From Dubosiella newyorkensis (GTDB taxonomy: Bacteria; Bacillota_I; Bacilli_A; Erysipelotrichales; Erysipelotrichaceae), in NCBI RefSeq assembly GCF_001945605.1, contig NZ_MPKA01000065.1, positions 1 to 32,000 of the forward strand: DNA of 32,000 nucleotides, written 5' to 3'. Under the pieces are notes generated by a model. It saw nothing but the letters and a program-made list of their open reading frames with translations. It was not told the origin of the DNA and made no database searches. Positions 1 through 6,412 of this stretch are shown piece by piece (the first letter of the stretch is position 1; every line of letters starts with the position of its first letter). The position numbers and the translations under genes are program-made.

Positions 1-1
1 T

Positions 2-181
2 CCGCAGGAACGTTTTCACGGTCTTACTGCATCTGAAGTAAGAGAAGCTGCAAAAGCAACCGATGAACCGGTACTGTATCCAATCAAAGAGAATAAACGA
101 ATCAAAAAATACTGGGAAGGTATAGATGAAAAAAAGGCCTCTTTAATAGCAAGTGCTATTAAAGAGGCGGATCTCCAGTAA
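2..181 (+). CDS. 3' end (59 codons) of a gene that starts left of the window; product not recognised
   Basis: Frame 2 is open from the window edge (...PQERFHGLTASEVREAAKATDEPVLYPIKENKRIKKYWEGIDEKKASLIASAIKEADLQ*). TAA at 179-181, followed by a hairpin terminator. Confidence 0.5.
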   Translation, partial: PQERFHGLTASEVREAAKATDEPVLYPIKENKRIKKYWEGIDEKKASLIASAIKEADLQ

Positions 182-202
182 ATTATTTCCCGTGTCTACT
201 TG

Positions 203-240
203 ACAGGGGGCTGATCACATATCAGTTTTCCTGTTTTTTT
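203..240 (+). terminator. Rho-independent terminator of the left-edge gene
   Basis: Nested hairpin ACAGG(203-207)..CTGAT-cacat-ATCAG..CCTGT(230-234) running into a T7 tract (234-240). Confidence 0.55.
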
Positions 241-246
241 CGTTGA

Positions 247-444
247 TCAGATTTCACGCTCGAATAAGATCATCGTTTCGCTGCTTTCTTTATTTGAGAT
301 CGGGATCTGTTCGATCATCTTGATGCGCCAGCCTAAGCGAGCATATTTATTGATCGCTTGCTCGACCTTGATCGAATCGATTCCCTCTTCAAAATAAGAA
401 TTTTTTAATGTAATCACTTTATAATCGTACATATTTCCCCCCAT
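247..444 (-). CDS. DUF4177-like small protein
   Basis: 65-aa ORF. The MYDYKVITLK...YARLGWRIKMIEQ pattern matches my recollection of the small DUF4177 family. Only 3 nt separate it from the upstream gene in the same orientation. Confidence 0.6.
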   Translation of the reverse strand: MGGNMYDYKVITLKNSYFEEGIDSIKVEQAINKYARLGWRIKMIEQIPISNKESSETMILFEREI

Positions 445-447
445 TTT

Positions 448-789
448 CTATTTGATTTTATGATTGTGAATGATATAAGCTTGATCCGCGTACGGAACTT
501 CGATCGGCTGGAAGCGCTCGACTTTCATCGTTAGATCGTACTTTTTTCTCAGCTCGCTGATCTTTGACATCAATTCTGTTTTATGGTGCAGATTGATCGC
601 GTCTTGATCTCTCCATTCATCAATGAGCAAGACCGTTTCGCGATCATCCATAGGAAAGAAATATTCATACCGCAAACACCCCTCTTCTTTGCGGATTTCA
701 TCGACAAGCTTCGTCGCTACCATTTCTTCGGCAAATGCCCTAGCGGCCCCGCCTTGTCCAGAATAATAAATATTGACAACTATACTCAT
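448..789 (-). CDS. Antibiotic-biosynthesis-monooxygenase (ABM/YgiN-like) domain protein
   Basis: 113-aa ORF. IVVNIYY...GCLRYEYFFP...VLLIDEWRDQDAINLHH is the typical ABM ferredoxin-like domain pattern. Confidence 0.65.
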   Translation of the reverse strand: MSIVVNIYYSGQGGAARAFAEEMVATKLVDEIRKEEGCLRYEYFFPMDDRETVLLIDEWRDQDAINLHHKTELMSKISELRKKYDLTMKVERFQPIEVPYADQAYIIHNHKIK

Positions 790-870
790 ATGGATTCTCC
801 TTTTTTTGATTATATCATGCCTACTTTATCAATGTAGAGACTATAATAAAAAAAAAGGAGTGTGAATTGA

Positions 871-1101
871 ATGCGTACAATCAAGATCCATCACGCATAT
901 CGTCACTTTAAAGGGAAAGAGTATTTCGTAGAAGGGATCGCTAAAGATTCAGAAACACTCGAAGATCTCGTTTTATATCGTCCTCTTTATGGGGAGCAGA
1001 AATTATGGGCTCGCCCTCTTTCTATGTTTCTAAGCGAAGTCGATCATCAAAAATATCCGGAGGTCAAACAAACATACCGGTTCGAAGAAGTGGAAGAATA
1101 A
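871..1101 (+). CDS. DUF1653 domain protein
   Basis: 76-aa [12 protein letters not shown]...[27 protein letters not shown] matches the DUF1653 signature. AGGAG at 856-860 lies 10 nt before the ATG, and TATAAT is at 842-847. Confidence 0.7.
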   Translation: MRTIKIHHAYRHFKGKEYFVEGIAKDSETLEDLVLYRPLYGEQKLWARPLSMFLSEVDHQKYPEVKQTYRFEEVEE

Positions 1102-1103
1102 GT

Positions 1104-2387
1104 ATGACGACGATTCGAAAAGCCGAGATTTTCTCGATTCTCCTCTTCTTGTTTTTGAGCTTGGCATGTTTGTTTTATCCTTACAACACGGCTATGGTCC
1201 TCATTCGAATGACTGCTTTGATCGGGCTCGCTTCAGGACTTCTCTTCTTTTTCGACGCGTTTCGTAAAAAAAGAAGTCTCGATCTAGTCGCTTCGATCGT
1301 ATGTCTTCTTTATTTTGGCTGGGCGCTTTTATGGTGGAAAAGAGACGCTGATATATTGAGGACATTGTTCATCGTATATTACGCCATCATCGCAGCCGTC
1401 TTTTATATTCAAACGATCCTGGATCTAAAAGATCATTCTTCAGATTGGAAGGCGGAGCTTTTATTGGCCTTTTTCTATACCTGCTTTGTGGTTTTTAGTT
1501 CCTATCGTTTGGCGACGATCTCCCATATGCTCGCTTTGTATTTCTTTATTCAAGCGTGTCAAATGGGATTGGAACTTTATTTTTTTTCCTCCCCTTATAA
1601 TGCGCGCTACTATTCATTTCGTGATTGGATCATGCTTCCGGCATGGTTCGTGAGCGTATTTCCAAGTTTTGTGATGGGACATTTAGTTGAGAAAAAAATG
1701 CACGATGAAAATACACATTTTGATGCGAAAAAAAGCGAAGACAAGCCTGATTTGATCGTTTGGATCCATACTGGTGAATATGGTACAACACTCTACGGTC
1801 ATATGACTTTTTCTCGTGATTCGATCATGTATTCGTACGGTGATTACGATCTCGCTAAAATGAAGTGGTTCAAAACGATGGGTCCTGGCATCTTCTTTTC
1901 TGTCAACGATCAGATCTATGCGAACAATTGCTGTATCGTCGAGCATTGTCCTCTCTTCGCGTATGGGATCAAGCTCACGGATGAACAAAAACAAAAGTTC
2001 GAAGCGATGAAAGATTCGATCTTATCGCAAACGATCCGTTGGCATTGTCCGATGCAGGAAGCGTATTTCAAAACAGGTCACGCTTCCCTTGCCGATTTTG
2101 AAAAAGATTATGCCAGCCGCTTATGGGATCGGACGTGCGCGATCTTTCGGATGTATACGAAAGGCCAATGGGCCTGGTATTCTTTGCTTGGAAACAATTG
2201 CTCAAATTATTCGAGCGCGATGCTCAATGAGATCGGACTCCATATCCCGGTTTCAAAAGGAATCGTTTCACCTGGCGAGTTTTTCGAATATTTCGAGCAA
2301 GCGTATCAAGATCCGGATTCTTGTGTGATTTCGAAAAGCTGGCATTCTGCCAAAGTGCCTTCCACCTTATTTGATACGATCGACTAA
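1104..2387 (+). CDS. Polytopic membrane protein with a C-terminal PPPDE/permuted-papain-like soluble domain
   Basis: I start the ORF at ATG 1104 (MTTIRKAEIF...), 2 nt after the DUF1653 stop; the track's 1005 start overlaps that gene. The first ~200 aa form about six hydrophobic helices. The C-terminal half carries IHTGEYGTTLYGH and YSLLGNNCSNYSSAMLNEIGLHIP motifs. Confidence 0.7.
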   Translation: MTTIRKAEIFSILLFLFLSLACLFYPYNTAMVLIRMTALIGLASGLLFFFDAFRKKRSLDLVASIVCLLYFGWALLWWKRDADILRTLFIVYYAIIAAVFYIQTILDLKDHSSDWKAELLLAFFYTCFVVFSSYRLATISHMLALYFFIQACQMGLELYFFSSPYNARYYSFRDWIMLPAWFVSVFPSFVMGHLVEKKMHDENTHFDAKKSEDKPDLIVWIHTGEYGTTLYGHMTFSRDSIMYSYGDYDLAKMKWFKTMGPGIFFSVNDQIYANNCCIVEHCPLFAYGIKLTDEQKQKFEAMKDSILSQTIRWHCPMQEAYFKTGHASLADFEKDYASRLWDRTCAIFRMYTKGQWAWYSLLGNNCSNYSSAMLNEIGLHIPVSKGIVSPGEFFEYFEQAYQDPDSCVISKSWHSAKVPSTLFDTID

Positions 2388-2419
2388 AAAAGCCATGACG
2401 AATGTCATGGTTTTCTTTT
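2386..2419. terminator. Bidirectional terminator between convergent genes
   Basis: AAAAA-GCCATGAC-gaat-GTCATGG-TTTTCTTTT. A-tract upstream and T-tract downstream, sitting between the stop codons at 2387 and 2418. Confidence 0.55.
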
Positions 2420-2762
2420 AAGACAGCGTGGCTTGATAGCTTTCTTCGATCAATTTTTGAATCGTTTCATCGGTTAGGGTTCCATCTAATACAAGCGAGA
2501 TCCACGTTTTTTTATTCATATGCCATCCAGGATAGATCCCTTTTTCTTGAAGCAAATCATCGGCTCCCTCTTTCGGAATGTGCAGATCGATCACCTGGAT
2601 CGGTTCTTTGCTTTGGATCTTGAGCTTGGATGCTAGGATTTCCATGAGCAATCCAAACCATTTTTCGTTATTTCGATGCCGGAAAATGCAATAGTCTGGA
2701 AATTTTTCCCATAAGAATTCAGGTTCGACATCGTATTTGGCTTTGATATAATCAAGAACCAT
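2418..2762 (-). CDS. MmcQ/YjbR family protein
   Basis: MVLDYIKAKYDVEPEFLWEKFPDYCIFRHRNNEKWFGLLM...GIYPGWHMNKKTWISLVLDG is the YjbR-family pattern. ATG at 2762 is preferred over the TTG at 2783. Confidence 0.75.
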   Translation of the reverse strand: MVLDYIKAKYDVEPEFLWEKFPDYCIFRHRNNEKWFGLLMEILASKLKIQSKEPIQVIDLHIPKEGADDLLQEKGIYPGWHMNKKTWISLVLDGTLTDETIQKLIEESYQATLS

Positions 2763-3072
2763 GCGTGGCTGCTTTTTTTTCAAAATAAGCAGGAATCGTG
2801 CAAGATTGGCGTATCTTTTCTAGAAGGTCTCGGATCGAGTTTCGAACACAATCTATATAGGGTCCTTTAGCGGACGTTTGATATAAAGTATACAGTTCAA
2901 GACTCTTCTCATCTTCCACTTTGATCTGTAGCTTTTGGTCTTTGATCACGATCGTAAGGAGCAGCTCATCGTTTTGGATCTTTTGCGTATAGGTTAGAGG
3001 AGATCTTTTGAAACCAAACTCTTTCAGTTTATTTTTTTCAAAAAGGAATCCATCAAAATCTACCGTTTCCAT
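2752..3072 (-). CDS. Hypothetical protein; possibly the detached N-terminal module of the downstream YjbR protein
   Basis: 106-aa ORF with a GAGGTG RBS 7 nt upstream. Its 3' end overlaps the YjbR ORF in another frame at an A8 tract (T8 on the plus strand, 2773-2780). Confidence 0.5.
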   Translation of the reverse strand: METVDFDGFLFEKNKLKEFGFKRSPLTYTQKIQNDELLLTIVIKDQKLQIKVEDEKSLELYTLYQTSAKGPYIDCVRNSIRDLLEKIRQSCTIPAYFEKKAATHGS

Positions 3073-3119
3073 CCTTTATCACCTCTTCATTTAGGGGAAA
3101 TAATAAATATAAAAATATC

Positions 3120-3710
3120 TTATTCTTTAATTTGAGCGAGATGAGAAACGATCGAATCGACGATCGTAAAGTTTTTTCCATCATAATCAACTTCGTAGAT
3201 CACGCAGTTTATGAATCGGATCGCATCTTTAGCATGGTCGGGATCGATCCTTTCTAGTAAATTCATAAGATTGGCGCCATGGGCGACGATCAAGATCGTT
3301 TTGGCATCGTCTTCATGAACGATGTCGTTGAGCGTCTTTTCCATACGATCTTGAACTTTTTGAGGGTCTTCGCCACCAAATTGCGTATACGACGTGTTCA
3401 AAAGATCGTGTCCAAACGATAAGATCAAATCAGTGCTCGCTCCTTCTAAGCGTCCGAAGCCAAATTCTTTCAATCCTTCATATCTTGTATAAGGAAGGTC
3501 GCTAATGTGCTTTAAGGTCTCCTCGGTTCTTAAAAGTGTCGAACAGCACGCTTTGTCAAATGTGATCTGCCGGTTTCTAAAATACTGCCCGACCGCTTTT
3601 GATTCCGCGACTCCTTTGGGAGTGAGAGGCGAATCGCACCAGCCTTGGATCTTATGTTTTTGATTGAACAGCGTTTGTCCATGTCGGACAAGAAACAATT
3701 TTTTACGCAT
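3120..3710 (-). CDS. Histidine phosphatase (phosphoglycerate-mutase-like) family protein
   Basis: LFLVRHGQTLFN (RHG catalytic motif), GWCDSPLTPKG and VAHGANL. Start placed at ATG 3710 (MRKKLFLVRHGQT). Confidence 0.85.
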   Translation of the reverse strand: MRKKLFLVRHGQTLFNQKHKIQGWCDSPLTPKGVAESKAVGQYFRNRQITFDKACCSTLLRTEETLKHISDLPYTRYEGLKEFGFGRLEGASTDLILSFGHDLLNTSYTQFGGEDPQKVQDRMEKTLNDIVHEDDAKTILIVAHGANLMNLLERIDPDHAKDAIRFINCVIYEVDYDGKNFTIVDSIVSHLAQIKE

Positions 3711-4301
3711 CCTCTTCCTCTTTGAGATCTTTGACGTGTTCATCGATCACTTGTTTGAGATTGAAATGTCCGTCTTCATATTCGTATTCGTAGATGATGC
3801 AGTTGTTGAATTTTCGCATTTTTCTCGCTTTGGATGGCTCGACTCGGTTGGCGAAGCGAAAAGAGTTGGATCCATGCATCACGATCAAGATCGACTTGGC
3901 GTCATCTTCTTCCATGATCGTTCTAATCGCTTTTTCGACGCGGTCTTCCACTTGTTTTGGCGTCTCTCCTCCGAATTGAACGTAATAGGTATTGAGATCG
4001 TCTTTTTTTTGACAAGCTAGATCGGTGCTCTCGCCTTCTAGAAGGCCATAGTTGAATTCTTTGAGCGCATCGTATCTTGAATAATCGAGATCGGTAATAT
4101 CTTTGAGTGTTTCTTCGGTTCGATGCAGCGTTGAGCAGCACGCTTTATCGAATACGACGCCTCTTTTTTCAAAATACTCTTTGTGGCTTTGGCTTGGCGA
4201 TGACCGAGTTTTGTGAGGGGCGAATCGCACCAGCCTTGGATCCGATTCTTTTTATTGAATAAAGTTTGTCCATGACGAACGATATATAATTTCTTTTGCA
4301 T
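3703..4301 (-). pseudogene. Frameshifted tandem paralogue of the histidine phosphatase
   Basis: The N-terminus MQKKLYIVRHGQTLFNKKNRIQGWCDSPLTKLGHRQAKATK (frame of ORF 4038-4352; GGAGG RBS before ATG 4301) continues as EYFEKRGVVFDKACCSTLHRTEETL... in the frame of ORF 3703-4230. Alignment to the downstream paralogue places a 1-nt loss near 4180-4183 (acaaag where acaaaag is expected). Confidence 0.75.
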
Positions 4302-4376
4302 GCTCTTTCCTCCATACGCTTCTATATTAGAATCGTTCGAGGTGATTTTCAATTTTTAATGTTCTAGAATGAAGCT

Positions 4377-5060
4377 ATGAATACGTATTCCAATACGATC
4401 GATCAAATTCAAGTCGATTTGATCGAATCTTCTCAAAAAAATGCGCCAACCGTGGTTTTGATCATGGGAATCGATGAACATGAGTCCGTTCTTTCTCGAG
4501 CCCGCAAACAACAATGTCCTTCCTTTCACCTTGTCTCGCTTTCTCATTTCAATTGGGATCAAGATCTTTCTCCTTGGCCAAGCAAGTCTATAATTTATCC
4601 GAACGATGATTTTGCGGGAAAAGCCAATCAATTTTTGAAAACAATCGAAACTAAGATCAAAGATTGGGTCGATTCCTTGCTTCCTGTAGAAGCGGGTCCT
4701 TGGATCATCGCGGGGTATTCGATGGGTGGATTGTTCGCAATGTATTGTCCGTATCGTTCTAGCTTGTTTACAAACGTATGTTGCGTGTCAGGTTCTGTTT
4801 GGTATCCTGGTTTTGAGAGCTTTGCCACCACCGAAACTATGATCAAAAAGCCAAAATCTGTCTATTTTTCTTTAGGAAGAAAGGAAATTCAGGAACGAAA
4901 TCCATATTTACAGACGACTGGCAAGATCATGGAAAGCTTGGAAGAGGATTATAAAAAGAAAGGGATCAAGACAACGATGGTTTGGAACAATGGAAACCAT
5001 TTTACCGATCCTGTAGGGCGAATGGTCGACGCATTGATCTGGACGTTGCATCAAAAATAA
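4377..5060 (+). CDS. Alpha/beta hydrolase (esterase-family)
   Basis: 227-aa ORF with the nucleophile elbow GYSMGG, and a C-terminal NGNH motif consistent with a serine esterase. Confidence 0.7.
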   Translation: MNTYSNTIDQIQVDLIESSQKNAPTVVLIMGIDEHESVLSRARKQQCPSFHLVSLSHFNWDQDLSPWPSKSIIYPNDDFAGKANQFLKTIETKIKDWVDSLLPVEAGPWIIAGYSMGGLFAMYCPYRSSLFTNVCCVSGSVWYPGFESFATTETMIKKPKSVYFSLGRKEIQERNPYLQTTGKIMESLEEDYKKKGIKTTMVWNNGNHFTDPVGRMVDALIWTLHQK

Positions 5061-5073
5061 CCAAACAAAAAAA

Positions 5074-5457
5074 TCACTTTTTTAAGGAAATCATCTTTCC
5101 AATCCCTACGATCAAAATCAAAGGCAATGCTTTCAAAAAGCCGAAAAGATAGATCCAATAAAGACTGATCAATCCTACCACGATCCATGAAACAAGCCTC
5201 CCAGAGAGATACGCTTTTTGAATTATATTTTGATTTGTCACATTCAACATTGTTTTCGCGCAAACGAATTCGAACGCTCCGATCAGGCCAAGAATGAGCA
5301 AGACAAGAAAAGCTGTATTCCAGTTTTTTTGATAGCCAACAAAAACAAATAGAAGCAAGCACACGAGGATATAAGGAACGATCGATTTGATCGTCCGTTC
5401 ATAGTTTTTTTGAGGATCTTTACTAATCATCAAGAGATGAAACCAAGATTGATTCAT
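5074..5457 (-). CDS. Small integral membrane protein, function unknown
   Basis: 127-aa ORF with 3-4 hydrophobic helices. Native GATC-rich composition. Confidence 0.55.
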   Translation of the reverse strand: MNQSWFHLLMISKDPQKNYERTIKSIVPYILVCLLLFVFVGYQKNWNTAFLVLLILGLIGAFEFVCAKTMLNVTNQNIIQKAYLSGRLVSWIVVGLISLYWIYLFGFLKALPLILIVGIGKMISLKK

Positions 5458-5477
5458 CCGTATTTTTCCTTTCTAAA

Positions 5478-5508
5478 ATGCAGGTCAACATAATAAGCTG
5501 ACCTGCAT
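5478..5508 (-). terminator. Hairpin terminator downstream of the secreted-protein gene (left edge of the islet)
   Basis: 10-bp stem ATGCAGGTCA / TGACCTGCAT with an 11-nt loop. Only a short T tract on the minus strand (cat-TTTag). Confidence 0.45.
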
Positions 5509-5545
5509 AATAATTTTTCAAGTTTATAAATCTTTTCGCTTATAA

Positions 5546-6121
5546 TTATGAAGGCCGAACTGGATCAAACCATGCTCCATTTACTGGTCCGTAGATGAGC
5601 ACATTCCGTGGACTATAAGCTCGAATATTCATATTAATTGCCTTTTTATAATAGGATCCTGTGTAAGAAGAATAGTAATTTTCTATGCTTTTATATTGGG
5701 TCATTGTTATAAACAGAGGATTTCCTTCTGTTGCAATTGCAGCCGCAATACTACCAGCAATCGTCCAACCTATACCTGGAATAGTTGCTACAATGGCGCC
5801 TGCCATTGCTACTGCGCCTCTCCATGGTATTTCATAAGATAAGTTGATTGCAGAATTTGAATCTAATGTAGCTTGAGGTTGAGGATAATCAATAATTGTA
5901 GGGATTATTTCTTCACCATCAATAGTAAGAATATGGGTTGTATGATTAATCGTGATGATATGTTCTTCACCATAACCATATGCTTTGATTTGTTCAGTAT
6001 AAGCATCGATCATTTTAGATTCAAATGTTATATCTTGTTTTGATTCAGCAAATATAGGAGAAAAGCTAAATAATGATAGTAAAAAAACAAGTATAGAAGC
6101 CAATAGTTTATTAATTTTCAT
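5546..6121 (-). CDS. Secreted protein of unknown family with a Gly/Ala-rich hydrophobic core
   Basis: Start at ATG 6121, preceded by GGAGG (6125-6131 region). Signal peptide MKINKLLASILVFLLSLFSFSPIFA|ESKQ. Internal GAVAMAGAIVATIPGIGWTIAGSIAAAIATEG segment. Confidence 0.7.
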   Translation of the reverse strand: MKINKLLASILVFLLSLFSFSPIFAESKQDITFESKMIDAYTEQIKAYGYGEEHIITINHTTHILTIDGEEIIPTIIDYPQPQATLDSNSAINLSYEIPWRGAVAMAGAIVATIPGIGWTIAGSIAAAIATEGNPLFITMTQYKSIENYYSSYTGSYYKKAINMNIRAYSPRNVLIYGPVNGAWFDPVRPS

Positions 6122-6214
6122 TTTACTCCTCCATTTTCTATAATCGTCAGACATACTTTTAAATATTAAGTATTATAAACTAAATTTAAGAGCTCTTGAT
6201 ATCATTGAGATAAG

Positions 6215-6373
6215 TTATTGACCTAATTCTAAACCATGAAGTGGAGCAAGTTGAGTAATCCAACAATAATCCTTAATATTATGTTGAACACAAAGCTTTT
6301 GCTCGACTTGAACACCACCAAACATATAGAATAGGATTGAAACAGTTAAAACTGTTCTTTTTAATGACTTCAC
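6215..6373 (-). CDS. Candidate unannotated 52-aa secreted pro-peptide (below the ORF-track size cut-off)
   Basis: AAAGGAGA RBS, 5 nt, then GTG at 6373. Translation: VKSLKRTVLTVSILFYMFGGVQVEQKLCVQHNIKDYCWITQLAPLHGLELGQ*. It has a basic n-region and a hydrophobic h-region. It lies upstream of, and co-oriented with, the secreted-protein gene, and divergent from the HTH regulator. Confidence 0.35.
   Translation of the reverse strand: MKSLKRTVLTVSILFYMFGGVQVEQKLCVQHNIKDYCWITQLAPLHGLELGQ
6337..6365 (+). promoter_or_regulatory. Putative sigma-A promoter of the regulator gene with an operator-like inverted repeat in the spacer
   Basis: TTGAAA (6337-6342), 17 nt, TTTAAT (6360-6365). The inverted repeat AACAGTT-aa-AACTGTT occupies 6341-6356. 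Confidence 0.4.
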
Positions 6374-6412
6374 TAAGATCTCCTTTCTTTTCCCAGGTTA
6401 TGATTCTATTAT

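Noticed and set aside
1005-1103. 33-codon 5' extension of the membrane-protein ORF given in the ORF track.
   Set aside because: It overlaps the 3' third of the DUF1653 gene in another frame and encodes a basic low-complexity peptide. ATG 1104, directly after the DUF1653 stop, begins the first TM helix.
3664-4141. ORFs 3664-4020(+), 3794-3979(+) and 3923-4141(-) overlapping the histidine-phosphatase genes.
   Set aside because: These are alternative-frame or antisense ORFs inside a region fully explained by the two phosphatase paralogues. Their translations are low-complexity and R/S-rich.
5051-5362. 103-aa minus-strand ORF overlapping the 127-aa membrane-protein ORF in another frame.
   Set aside because: The 5074-5457 frame yields regular hydrophobic helices and ends at a sensible start. 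The alternative frame has no such structure.
6341-6356. AACAGTTaaAACTGTT followed by CTTTTT, considered as a rho-independent terminator.
   Set aside because: The stem is 7 bp and AT-rich with a 2-nt loop. No plus-strand gene ends upstream of it. Its position in a promoter spacer makes an operator reading more sensible.
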